Made by a program: the position numbers and the translations under genes
In this document: positions 19,330 through 27,989 of the stretch, piece after piece
Layout of the letters: each line of letters starts with the position of its first letter
How positions within the stretch are numbered: position 1 is the first letter of the stretch
The notes under the pieces: model-generated
Database searches by the model: none
The model's input: only the letters and a program-made list of their open reading frames with translations
What the model was told of the DNA's origin: nothing
Virus record (IMG/VR): IMGVR_UViG_3300037189_004920
Span: 816 to 64,815 of that record
DNA length: 64,000 nt
From: a virus
Taxonomy: Duplodnaviria; Caudoviricetes
Reading direction: 5' to 3' (one strand)

Positions 19330-20028
19330 ATGCAAATACTAGAGTTTATCAGCCCCATAATGCTACACACCACACTGAACCCTCAGTTGTGGAACGGCGA
19401 CCAAATTAAAGAACCTGTGAGGCTCAAATTACTAGCACATGCTCGTGAATTCATAAAATCATGGGATTTGGACCAAGTGCCACTTAGGGACATAGTGCTC
19501 ACGGGCAGTCAGACCAATTTGACCTATACCCCAGCCAGTGACCTAGACCTACACATCATAGTGGACATGGACAAGATTTACGGGGGTGGATCTTTAGTAG
19601 AAAACTTCTTGGATGCCAAGCGCCGTTTGTGGAACAAGACCTATGATGTAGAGCTCTACGGCACTCCAGTAGAAGTCTACGTGGAAGACGATGATGAAAC
19701 TGTGCGTGGCAACAAGTACAGTTTGATTTCTAATGAGTGGTTGGTGCGTGAACCCCTAAAGGACACACAGTATGATGACCGCAGTGTTAGGGCCAAGTAT
19801 GGCTATCTCACACGTCATTTGACCCGTATCTTGGATCGTGCGGACAGTGTGGATGACCTAGACAGAGTCATGCGCAAGCTCAAGCAGTATAGACAAAGTG
19901 GCTTGGATCAGCATGGGGAATTCAGCACGGAAAACCTAGTGTTCAAGGCATTGAGAAATAATGGTTGGTTAGAACGCATACAAGAGCTCAGGGTAACACT
20001 AACGAACAAATCCTTGAGCCTGGATTAA
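19330..20028 (+). CDS. Pol-beta superfamily nucleotidyltransferase
   Basis: LTGS-x9-SDLDL and VEVYVED catalytic pattern. Confidence 0.7.
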   Translation: MQILEFISPIMLHTTLNPQLWNGDQIKEPVRLKLLAHAREFIKSWDLDQVPLRDIVLTGSQTNLTYTPASDLDLHIIVDMDKIYGGGSLVENFLDAKRRLWNKTYDVELYGTPVEVYVEDDDETVRGNKYSLISNEWLVREPLKDTQYDDRSVRAKYGYLTRHLTRILDRADSVDDLDRVMRKLKQYRQSGLDQHGEFSTENLVFKALRNNGWLERIQELRVTLTNKSLSLD

Positions 20029-20147
20029 AAACTAGGCATTTTTTAACAGAACCAGTCAATATTGATTAAAAAATTAACAATTATTGACAAGTTTTAAATA
20101 AAAACAGAGTCTTTTTAACAACGAGAACAAAAGGTATAGCATAACAT

Positions 20148-20372
20148 ATGACACGTGAACAATTAACCCAACAATTTCAAACTCTAACTGAAGAGTGTAC
20201 CGCCCTATTAGAACAAGTGCGCCAAACTGAAGATGTAGAATCCAAAAAGGCATTGACTTGGCAAGCTGACGAACTAAGACGTCAAATCAATCTAGTGCAA
20301 GCTGACATAATCAAGCTGGACCAAGAACAAGTCAATAGCCTGCATCAACAACAAGCTCAGGGCAGATACTGA
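20148..20372 (+). CDS. small coiled-coil protein
   Basis: 74 aa Q/L/E-rich heptads. Confidence 0.5.
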   Translation: MTREQLTQQFQTLTEECTALLEQVRQTEDVESKKALTWQADELRRQINLVQADIIKLDQEQVNSLHQQQAQGRY

Positions 20373-20417
20373 TTCAAAAGACTACCTACCCAAACCAGCA
20401 GGAGTTTAAATAATTCC

Positions 20418-20747
20418 ATGCAAGTAGAACGAATCCCCGGCGATAACTATTTCCTCACATATAGCCCTGAAGCTGTCCAAGCCATTACGGCCATTGGCAA
20501 GACCAAACCACAGGGCTGGTTCCGTATTAGATGTATTGTGCTAGCCGACAGAACTGACATTGAATTTGCTTGGGACGACGTTGCCACTGATGACGACTTC
20601 CTAATTCCCATACCCAACTGCACTTATGAACTGATCATGGATGCTGTGAGCATAAGTTATATACTGGACGAATACTCACTCACACACGATGGCATTCGAT
20701 TCATCCTAAGCAAGAATCCTAAGGGCCCACTCCGCCATCAGAAGTAG
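20418..20747 (+). CDS. HesB/IscA-like fold protein lacking canonical cysteines
   Basis: SPEAV...FRI...DDVATDDDF...LIMDAVSISYI...F..KNP follows the HesB pattern. Confidence 0.45.
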   Translation: MQVERIPGDNYFLTYSPEAVQAITAIGKTKPQGWFRIRCIVLADRTDIEFAWDDVATDDDFLIPIPNCTYELIMDAVSISYILDEYSLTHDGIRFILSKNPKGPLRHQK

Positions 20748-20793
20748 CCGTTAAGAGCGCGAAGCGCGATTGCGAAGCAACAGCGGTAAACGG
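20748..20793. other. branched hairpin with two GCGAAGC mini-hairpins
   Basis: CCGTT...GCGC-GAA-GCGC-GA-TTGC-GAA-GCAA...AACGG between convergent genes. Confidence 0.6.
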
Positions 20794-20819
20794 TTTTTAC
20801 CATTCATTAACTACCCACA

Positions 20820-21026
20820 TTATTTGTCAACCCTTCCCCACGCAATGCCCGACCATACTCGATCGTACAAGTAGTAACTGGTCATCCAAACCATGTTAAT
20901 AATGATGGTGGGGACTAGTGCTTGAGTCAGACTTTGCCCAGTGACCAAGAGCATGACATAAGTGCTCGCAATGACCCAAATCCTATATATAACAGTTTTA
21001 ACCAAAGTTCTTGTTCTAGTTTCCAT
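20820..21026 (-). CDS. DUF2061-like membrane protein
   Basis: ETRTRTLVKTVIYR...YYLYDRVWSGIAWG. Confidence 0.7.
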   Translation of the reverse strand: METRTRTLVKTVIYRIWVIASTYVMLLVTGQSLTQALVPTIIINMVWMTSYYLYDRVWSGIAWGRVDK

Positions 21027-21034
21027 TATAGTCC

Positions 21035-21232
21035 TTATAGTGAGAGATCATTGACATCTACTGGCTTACACACATCAGCCCAGCGTAGTAAGAATTCTGT
21101 TAGTAGTGGGCCTTCTGGGATCCAAAAGCGTGTACGGTTTAAGTGTACTTCATGCTTGATCTTATTGTGGGCAATCCATTGGCCCACTGTGATGTAGTGT
21201 AAGTCGCGGGTTAAAACATAGTATTGATGCAT
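21035..21232 (-). CDS. hypothetical protein
   Basis: 65 aa with a FLLRW motif similar to ORF 35292. Confidence 0.55.
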   Translation of the reverse strand: MHQYYVLTRDLHYITVGQWIAHNKIKHEVHLNRTRFWIPEGPLLTEFLLRWADVCKPVDVNDLSL

Positions 21233-21280
21233 ACTAGTATATAGCTGGGAGTGAGTAAACTCACTCGTCCTTTCGGACCG

Positions 21281-21350
21281 AGCTTTATAGGGGATTATAG
21301 ACTATTATAGTTGTCTATGGTGAATTATAGTTGTTTATAGTGTTCTATAG
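21281..21350. repeat. 10-bp-period tandem array (NNNNNTATAG x7)
   Basis: agctttatag gggattatag actattatag ttgtctatgg tgaattatag ttgtttatag tgttctatag. Confidence 0.85.
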
Positions 21351-21545
21351 TGGTCATACCAGAAAGGGTCTTACACTAGCAAAAAATTGGTGCGCAGTTT
21401 TTTTAAAAGTAGAATTATAGGTTGCCCACCACTTCTTAACCACTGGGTAGACGATTTTGGGGAATATTGACAGAAGAATTGGCATGCGCACTGTTGCAAA
21501 AAAACAACAGTTGCGCATATAAGCCACCACCCACCTATCTAACTG

Positions 21546-21872
21546 TCATGCCACCTGGTAGCCACAACCTCTCACATCAGTGTTCAACTCGGGCTTCATC
21601 AGTGCTATAAGCTCTCGCTCACGAGCATGAGCAGCCGCCTTGCCTCTAACAATCTCTAAGGGACGGATGTCTATCTCATGCTTGCTAGCCAGTGTGCGCA
21701 AGGCTGCACACAATCCCCATGTGCGCTGTTCTACTGTAGCTCTATAGTAGTGCTTATGTGCCCTACGCTGTAGGCTATGCAGTACAGTCTTGTCCTTGTA
21801 GGTAATGCCAATGTAACGCTGGCCTTCTACAGTGATCTGGTATATGATATGATTGCGTAGTTTGATGCTCAT
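21546..21872 (-). CDS. GIY-YIG-like domain protein
   Basis: IIYQI...RYIGIT...R...ERELI...PELN. Confidence 0.65.
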   Translation of the reverse strand: MSIKLRNHIIYQITVEGQRYIGITYKDKTVLHSLQRRAHKHYYRATVEQRTWGLCAALRTLASKHEIDIRPLEIVRGKAAAHARERELIALMKPELNTDVRGCGYQVA

Positions 21873-21992
21873 CTAGTGCTCCTGCTTGCTTAGTGTATGT
21901 CTACATTGTACACTAGGTTTTGCCTATTGTCAAGAGGGGAGGGAGAGCTCTTCTACTAGGGACACTACCCCCCAAGCTCTCCCGGAGCAACC

Positions 21993-22316
21993 TTAGTCTA
22001 AACGACTGCCTGCGTAGGCCTTTAGACCCAATGTGTTTAGGTAGTTGGCATAGGCCCAAGCACCTGCTTCTTTAATGTCTATGTTCTGTACTGGGAGTCC
22101 ACCTGGATTCCACATGCTCAAACACCGGGGCTTGTAGTCCTTCTTAAAGCCTGCCTTCAGTAGCTCTTGTGCCTGCTTTGAGTTAGTGCGATCCACATAG
22201 ACCTCAACCCAAGCAAAGCCACAGCAACCTCTGTCCCCGCCCCACTTGGCGTACTCGGCTTGGCTTGCTTGCTCTGCGAAGACCTTGCCTGCTGTAATGA
22301 ATTCTGCTGTTACCAT
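21993..22316 (-). CDS. early hypothetical protein
   Basis: CGFAWV...AYAGSRLD; own promoter and AGGAG RBS. Confidence 0.8.
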   Translation of the reverse strand: MVTAEFITAGKVFAEQASQAEYAKWGGDRGCCGFAWVEVYVDRTNSKQAQELLKAGFKKDYKPRCLSMWNPGGLPVQNIDIKEAGAWAYANYLNTLGLKAYAGSRLD

Positions 22317-22369
22317 TTGTCTGCTCCTTTGTGTTAGTGTCTAAAGTATACTAGGTTTTACCTAACTTG

Positions 22370-22747
22370 TCAACCCTCTACGCAGATATATTTCTTGTCC
22401 CAGCTACCAATCTGCATGTGTGTATAGAACGCAGTGTGGAAGTAATCGGTCATGGCATCGCTCTCATCAAAGTAAACACGACCGCCCGCACGACCCGGAG
22501 CATTGTGCATGATCTCATCAATCTTGATCAGGGCCGCTTGGTCATCTGCATCCTGCCAGTGGTCCTTGATCCAGTAGTTGTTGACCTGTGCATAGTCCTT
22601 GCCTTCGAATGCGCAAGTGCCCTGCATGATGTTCACGTCCACGCTAAGGCTACCACTGCCCTTGCGAACGCTGAACTTCCACTTGGGGAATGCCTGCTTG
22701 AGTTCTGCGCGGATTGCTTGGACGTCTTCTTTGCTAATGTATGCCAT
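22370..22747 (-). CDS. early protein, LPD29-like
   Basis: IRAELKQAFPKWKFSVR resembles large polyvalent protein domain 29; stop TGA lies inside next TTGACA. Confidence 0.55.
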   Translation of the reverse strand: MAYISKEDVQAIRAELKQAFPKWKFSVRKGSGSLSVDVNIMQGTCAFEGKDYAQVNNYWIKDHWQDADDQAALIKIDEIMHNAPGRAGGRVYFDESDAMTDYFHTAFYTHMQIGSWDKKYICVEG

Positions 22748-22809
22748 TGTCAGCTCCTGTGTGTTAGTGTATGTGTTACATTATACACGGTTTTACCGGA
22801 ATGTCAAGC

Positions 22810-23007
22810 CTATTGAGCAAATATTTCTCGGCTAAGGATCTCGTCTTCAACCAGCTGGTTACAGGCATTCAGGGTAAACATTAGCACTAGGTTGGCATTG
22901 GCCTGCTCTTTGCTGGGCAAGTGCGCAATGAAGTCCTGGACTTCGGCTAGGGTTGGAGTGGTGAACAAGTTACTCTTGGGGATGGGGTTTTGAACGATAT
23001 CGTACAT
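22810..23007 (-). CDS. early hypothetical protein
   Basis: Own promoter and AGGAG RBS. Confidence 0.7.
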   Translation of the reverse strand: MYDIVQNPIPKSNLFTTPTLAEVQDFIAHLPSKEQANANLVLMFTLNACNQLVEDEILSREIFAQ

Positions 23008-23051
23008 GCTTGCTCCTGTGTGTTAGTGTGTTAATTATACAACCGGTTTTA

Positions 23052-23231
23052 TCAGTTGTCAAGTCTTTTTATGCCCAAGGTGCCCACCCACATGATGAGC
23101 AGGCCCACACCACTGACCAGGACTCCTGTGGCCAATGTGGCATTGTCCATGCTGAGCTCTACGCTACCCACACCGCCCAAGGTCAAGAGTAGACCCACGG
23201 TGAAACAGAACATGCTTTCATTCTCAGTCAT
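23052..23231 (-). CDS. small two-TM membrane protein (59 aa, not in ORF track)
   Basis: MTENESMFCFTVGLLLTLGGVG...LIMWVGTLGIKRLDN; AGGAG RBS. Confidence 0.65.
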   Translation of the reverse strand: MTENESMFCFTVGLLLTLGGVGSVELSMDNATLATGVLVSGVGLLIMWVGTLGIKRLDN

Positions 23232-23413
23232 TATGCATACTCCTTAGGTGCAAACATCTTCTCGCCTGCTTCCATGAACACGAAGTAGGCCCGCAGTTCT
23301 TCCAGTGTGTAGTTGTGACTGTTGGTCTTGATGTCCATGAGCACTTCTAGGACTCCTGTATCCCGACCATATGCCTTGGCCTGGATGATCTTACATGCCT
23401 TTGCTATATCCAT
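23231..23413 (-). CDS. early hypothetical protein
   Basis: Start MDIAKAC after AGGAGCAGGA. Confidence 0.7.
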   Translation of the reverse strand: MDIAKACKIIQAKAYGRDTGVLEVLMDIKTNSHNYTLEELRAYFVFMEAGEKMFAPKEYA

Positions 23414-23469
23414 TTCCTGCTCCTTTTGTTTAGTGTATGTGTACATTGTACACTCGGTTTTACCAAATG

Positions 23470-23724
23470 TCAACCTAATACCACTACACGGCGTGTGGAC
23501 TCGTCAACAATTTCGTTGCCCTCGTCATCAAAGTCACCCTCGCCATCGTCTTCCACCATCTTGTCCATGCGGTGGTACTCACTGTACACTACTGCGCCTT
23601 CAAACACTTCACCCACCTTAGGGGCTACCTGTGTGCGCCAATGGTCACCGTAATTGTATGCAAAATGGACTTCTGCATCCTTGTCCATGTAGCCCAACTG
23701 CTCGATAAGTTCTTGTACTGTCAT
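23470..23724 (-). CDS. early acidic hypothetical protein
   Basis: MTVQELIEQL N-terminus; stop in next -35. Confidence 0.75.
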   Translation of the reverse strand: MTVQELIEQLGYMDKDAEVHFAYNYGDHWRTQVAPKVGEVFEGAVVYSEYHRMDKMVEDDGEGDFDDEGNEIVDESTRRVVVLG

Positions 23725-23781
23725 TTAGTGCTCCTGCTTTGTTAGTGTATGTGTCTAGTATAGCACAGGTTTTACCGGCTG

Positions 23782-23982
23782 TCAACCTTCTATCCAACAA
23801 TCCCTGGCTGACTGTATGGTTGTTTCCTGCCCGCCAATGTAGCCACCCTCAAAGCCATTTGGGCCTGCCTCTAGGTACAGCCTGTCCCCTTCGATCCGGG
23901 TGATGCGACCTGACTGCTCGATGTCACACTTAAAGCTGACGTAGTCCCCTACCTTGACCACTTGACCATCTACCTTTGCCAT
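23782..23982 (-). CDS. early small SH3/KOW-like protein
   Basis: VKVGDYVSF...GRITRI; stop in next -35. Confidence 0.65.
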   Translation of the reverse strand: MAKVDGQVVKVGDYVSFKCDIEQSGRITRIEGDRLYLEAGPNGFEGGYIGGQETTIQSARDCWIEG

Positions 23983-24033
23983 GTTGCGCTCCTTGTTAGT
24001 GTATGTGTATAATAACACAAAAGGAAAAACCTG

Positions 24034-24258
24034 TCAACCGTAGTACTTGTATAACCCTGCTAGCCCTATGGTTATTGCTACAACGTTAACCAGTAGCTGA
24101 GGCTTGTTGCGCACACGCAAGGTCCAGGCAAGATAGAATATGCCACCTGCCACGCCTGCTACAATGTTATAGGGGTGCAGGTGAGGAAAGAAAGACATTA
24201 GCACGTACATGGTGAGGAGGCACACCGTGCCTGCCCACTGCAACATGTTATTAATCAA
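24034..24258 (-). CDS. small membrane protein
   Basis: Three hydrophobic segments; stop in next -35. Confidence 0.7.
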   Translation of the reverse strand: MINNMLQWAGTVCLLTMYVLMSFFPHLHPYNIVAGVAGGIFYLAWTLRVRNKPQLLVNVVAITIGLAGLYKYYG

Positions 24259-24482
24259 AATGTCTCCAAGTCAAATTCCATGTCAGCAACCACAAGCTCT
24301 AGCATGTCTGCTAGTCGCATCTTGTCTGCCTTGCTCAGTGTCTCCACCTCGTCATCATAAAAGTACTGCATCAAGTCTGCGTCTAGTCCCACATGCCCGT
24401 CCATGTAGTCTAAGCCTGCATCACCTCTGTCGTATATTTTACCAAATGCATCTGCAATTCTTTTGTTTAGTGCTTTACTCAT
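24255..24482 (-). CDS. early acidic hypothetical protein
   Basis: AAGGA RBS; overlaps next gene. Confidence 0.65.
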   Translation of the reverse strand: MSKALNKRIADAFGKIYDRGDAGLDYMDGHVGLDADLMQYFYDDEVETLSKADKMRLADMLELVVADMEFDLETF

Positions 24483-24491
24483 TTTACTTCC

Positions 24492-24647
24492 TTAATCTAC
24501 GTAATAATCTACTGCTTCTGTTAGTTTGTGCAATGCACCTTCTAACTCTGCAAAGCAGTCCATCTCTGCTAGTTGCTCGCCGTCTAGCGTAGCCTCCATC
24601 AGCATGTCGTCTATCTCTGCTAGCTTTGCAAGTATAGCATCTCTCAT
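24492..24647 (-). CDS. early acidic helical protein
   Basis: Start MRDAIL after AGGAG. Confidence 0.65.
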   Translation of the reverse strand: MRDAILAKLAEIDDMLMEATLDGEQLAEMDCFAELEGALHKLTEAVDYYVD

Positions 24648-24722
24648 CTTACGCTCCTTCTTAGTGTATGCGCTAATTATACAATCGGTTTTGCCGTTTG
24701 TCAATCTGTGCCGTTAATACCC

Positions 24723-24938
24723 TTACGCTGTGTAAGTGTATCCTTCTTCGCCTGCTAGTGCGCAGTCCATCCATTCTTCAAAACAGTCTTCTGCGTATTC
24801 TTCTTCCCAAATCAAAATCTGATCGCATGTTACAAACTCTTTGCCGCGTTGCAGTGTCACCTTTACAGTGCTTCCGCTAGCATATTCGCTCTTGTAGTAA
24901 CCTGCGTCTTCTATGTTTACAACTTTTACCTTTTGCAT
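24723..24938 (-). CDS. early hypothetical protein
   Basis: Start MQKVKV after AGGAG. Confidence 0.65.
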   Translation of the reverse strand: MQKVKVVNIEDAGYYKSEYASGSTVKVTLQRGKEFVTCDQILIWEEEYAEDCFEEWMDCALAGEEGYTYTA

Positions 24939-25038
24939 CTTTGCTCCTATTGCTTTAGTGTATGTGTACATTGTAGCATAGGTTTTTCCTTTTGTCAATC
25001 TGCTGTGCAAATAACCCTACTGTGTGTAGGGTTATTGC

Positions 25039-25254
25039 TTATGCTACAATGACAAAGTCTTCTGCACTAAGGGAGGCAACTGCCTTGCTAATAAGCATAG
25101 GGAGGTCTTCCTCCAAACAGTCCCCGGAGGTGTATACTGCATTTTTGCTGTTGACTTTTTGCGTAGTGTTGAACGCAATGTAAAAACGACTGCATTTGAC
25201 TGCGTGTTTGTTGGGGGATTTTACTACACGGACTTGCGCTGTGCTTGCTTGCAT
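25039..25254 (-). CDS. early hypothetical protein
   Basis: Own promoter and AGGAG. Confidence 0.65.
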   Translation of the reverse strand: MQASTAQVRVVKSPNKHAVKCSRFYIAFNTTQKVNSKNAVYTSGDCLEEDLPMLISKAVASLSAEDFVIVA

Positions 25255-25439
25255 TGTTTAGCTCCTTTTGTTTAGTGTGTAAGTATAATAACACAGGTTT
25301 TACCACCTGTCAACCGGTCTTGGCAATACCCACACTAACATCAAGGTCTTTCACTCAAAGTGACAGGGAAGACCACTAACAATCTTCCCTGTCGGGTGCC
25401 TACGGGAGCGAATCGCAGGGCTTTTCCTCTAGGCGAGGA

Positions 25440-25730
25440 TTAAAGGGTAATACCTAGGCTTTGTGCCTTGTAGCCCAGTGCGGTCAATTTGCGTGACGCC
25501 TCACCATGGCGGTATTCTGTAACTTCAACATTGTTACCAGCAACACGGCTCTTGCTGTATACAGCATAACCACGTTGACGAATAACTGAGATAGTGGCAG
25601 TAGGATTCTTAATACCAAAACGCTTGGCGATCTGTGCCTCTGTCAATGTCTCCTTGTCCAATACCAATGCCTTGAACAATTTGCCTTGTTTTGTTTCTAA
25701 ATCGAAACGCTTGAGTTTAGTTGCTTTCAT
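25440..25730 (-). CDS. winged helix-turn-helix DNA-binding protein
   Basis: LTEAQIAKRFGIKNPTATISVIRQRGYAV helix-turn-helix plus wing. Confidence 0.65.
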   Translation of the reverse strand: MKATKLKRFDLETKQGKLFKALVLDKETLTEAQIAKRFGIKNPTATISVIRQRGYAVYSKSRVAGNNVEVTEYRHGEASRKLTALGYKAQSLGITL

Positions 25731-25947
25731 TTTTTGTTTCCTCTATATAAAGTGGCTGTCTTTATCACAGCATGTCACTATTATATAGGGGAATTGATTA
25801 TATTGCAAGAGTCAATTTGCCCAAATTAGGCGCCGTTGTAAGGACTATACTCTTCAAGGTCTTCTTCTTGAGTTTGATCCTCTTGTGAGCGTTGACGAAT
25901 CATTTGGTCCATGACCTTTTGCAGTTCGGTAAAATCGTATGCCATGT

Positions 25948-26175
25948 TTATTCCTTAAAAGAGTTAATCAAATCCACAGTGGAATCTTCCACACTATCTA
26001 CTTCATCAATGCAAGCCAATATCATTAGCTCACATACCACTTGCGCCTGTTCCCTATCCTTCTTAGGCAGTGAACGAATAAAGGTCGTAACCTGATCAGT
26101 GCTGTCCAAACTCCACATAATGTCTGCGAACAGACGTTGCTTCTTTGACAGACCTTCTATAACGATGTTAGACAT
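25948..26175 (-). CDS. early hypothetical protein
   Basis: 75 aa ORF in operon. Confidence 0.65.
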   Translation of the reverse strand: MSNIVIEGLSKKQRLFADIMWSLDSTDQVTTFIRSLPKKDREQAQVVCELMILACIDEVDSVEDSTVDLINSFKE

Positions 26176-26176
26176 A

Positions 26177-26353
26177 TTAGCTTTCCCAATCAGTTGGAGT
26201 TAAATCTACCACACCTTCAATCTCAGTCCACAAGTCGTAGACCTTAGCACTCAATTGTTTCTTCACAGCTGGGTTTAAATGTAGTTCCAGTATCAAGGCA
26301 TCCACATCATCCAACAGCGAATCAATTTGGGCCAGTGTATCTTCAGTCTTCAT
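26177..26353 (-). CDS. early hypothetical protein
   Basis: Start MKTED directly after upstream stop. Confidence 0.6.
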   Translation of the reverse strand: MKTEDTLAQIDSLLDDVDALILELHLNPAVKKQLSAKVYDLWTEIEGVVDLTPTDWES

Positions 26354-26354
26354 A

Positions 26355-26603
26355 TTACACCCAACTCTTCTTGTCACCGCACTCTTCGTTGTATGCGTAA
26401 CCTGCCTTGTAAGCCTCAACCTGTTCCTCAGTCATTACTGGTGGGGTCAGCTTGGGTGCATTACCTGTGCCATTTGGATAGTAATGCGGATCAAGACCAC
26501 GACCATAATAGCTGTCTGCACTACCACGATCAAATGGGCTACCATGCTTCTGCAGATAGCTCTTGCCCTTATACTCTACCATGCTCTCTTGCTCTATAAA
26601 CAT
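26355..26603 (-). CDS. early hypothetical protein
   Basis: HGSPFDRGSADSYYGR; AGGAG RBS. Confidence 0.75.
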   Translation of the reverse strand: MFIEQESMVEYKGKSYLQKHGSPFDRGSADSYYGRGLDPHYYPNGTGNAPKLTPPVMTEEQVEAYKAGYAYNEECGDKKSWV

Positions 26604-26765
26604 TGTCGCTCCTTTGTTTAACTTAGCCACTAGTATAGCACCGGTTATACCACCTGTCAACCTGTTTATCCAAAGACCATATGAGCAATAAGGTTACCAG
26701 CCACGATGAGCGACACTGCAATGAATAGACAATTCACCACCACCAGTGCTACAATGATCCATTCC

Positions 26766-26978
26766 TCAGTCGTCATAAGCCTCTTCACCCAGCTCAGTCA
26801 CAGTCTCCTCCACCACATGGAGATCAATGATGCGAGCTGTTTGATCTTCATTGCTCACACCTTGGAACGCTGTCCTGAAGCTTTGGTTCTCTGCAAGGAA
26901 GTCAAACACATCCATGCGGTCCCAACCCTCTGGGACCTCCAACTCTTGATTGATGATTGTGGTAACAAGAACTTTCAT
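26766..26978 (-). CDS. early acidic hypothetical protein
   Basis: AGGAG RBS. Confidence 0.7.
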   Translation of the reverse strand: MKVLVTTIINQELEVPEGWDRMDVFDFLAENQSFRTAFQGVSNEDQTARIIDLHVVEETVTELGEEAYDD

Positions 26979-26987
26979 GTCAGCTCC

Positions 26988-27245
26988 TTAGGCGTATTCG
27001 TAAAACTTAACGGAAGGATCCAACTGCTTCAACTCTTTAGCCACTTGTGTCAGCTCACGGTAGCGTGACTGCACTTGACCACGTGACAGCTCTCCATCAC
27101 AGGTAAGGTTCTCCGGACTCAATGCACTGTCCACAATCTCTGCAATGCGTTGACGGTCCGCCGCCACTGTAAGGTCCAAGTCCTTGATACCAAACACGCT
27201 GTTGAATTGGTTACGCTGTTTAACGAACTGTGCTAGTGCTTTCAT
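26988..27245 (-). CDS. early hypothetical protein
   Basis: LSPENLTCDGE; own promoter and RBS. Confidence 0.75.
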   Translation of the reverse strand: MKALAQFVKQRNQFNSVFGIKDLDLTVAADRQRIAEIVDSALSPENLTCDGELSRGQVQSRYRELTQVAKELKQLDPSVKFYEYA

Positions 27246-27394
27246 CTATCGCTCCTTTTGTTTAACTTAGCCTATAGTATAGCAGAGTCGGTATTACCTG
27301 TCAAGCTCTTTCTGCCATTAAGAAAGGGTGTTGTATTTCTACAACACCCCGGCACTCAGCGTCTTACGTATACGCTACAGCGGGAAAGCACGGT

Positions 27395-27757
27395 TTAGAA
27401 AGGGGCGTCTTCAAGATCGGCGAGAGATGCCTTAGCTTTGGCTTGTGACATCACAGTGTCTGCTACTGTGGTCTTCTTAGCCTTAGTGGGCTTGGCTGCT
27501 TGCAACTCTACCTTACGTTTAGTTGCTTCACGTTGAATGGCTTCAGCCTTCTCAACGTTACCATCGGAGAAGTCAATTGCTAGCAAGTAGCTGACCACTT
27601 CTGACTTGGTCATAGCACGTGGCAGTTCAAGAAGGTCAATGTTGTCGTGTCCGCCTTTAACTAGTACTTTGACACGTGTCATATCATTAGCAAAACGAAC
27701 TTTGGTACTGCCGTTAACTTTAGAAGTACCGGCTACAGTGAACAGTTTATCAGTCAT
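27395..27757 (-). CDS. hypothetical protein with K/A-rich tail
   Basis: FTVAGTS...KVRFAND; own promoter, GGAG RBS. Confidence 0.75.
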   Translation of the reverse strand: MTDKLFTVAGTSKVNGSTKVRFANDMTRVKVLVKGGHDNIDLLELPRAMTKSEVVSYLLAIDFSDGNVEKAEAIQREATKRKVELQAAKPTKAKKTTVADTVMSQAKAKASLADLEDAPF

Positions 27758-27840
27758 TTAAATCTCCAAGTGTGAATGTGTGTGTTAGAACAATCTCTAA
27801 CTATTAATAGTATACTACCTTTTGAGCAGCTTGTCAACCG

Positions 27841-27966
27841 TTATTTGGTTGCTTCTTTTGTAACTGATTGTACCTTGGTCACGGCACTGTCACCAATCTT
27901 GGCAATGCCACCAAAGCCTACAGTTGCAATCACAATACCAAAAATTACTGCAATGATATATCCCAT
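27841..27966 (-). CDS. small single-TM protein
   Basis: MGYIIAVIFGIVIATVGF after AGGAG. Confidence 0.6.
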   Translation of the reverse strand: MGYIIAVIFGIVIATVGFGGIAKIGDSAVTKVQSVTKEATK

Positions 27967-27989
27967 CTCTATCTCCTTCTGTGTGTAAT

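Noticed and set aside
21467-21472. Plus-strand TTGACA as a promoter
   Set aside because: No acceptable -10 at 16-18 nt spacing
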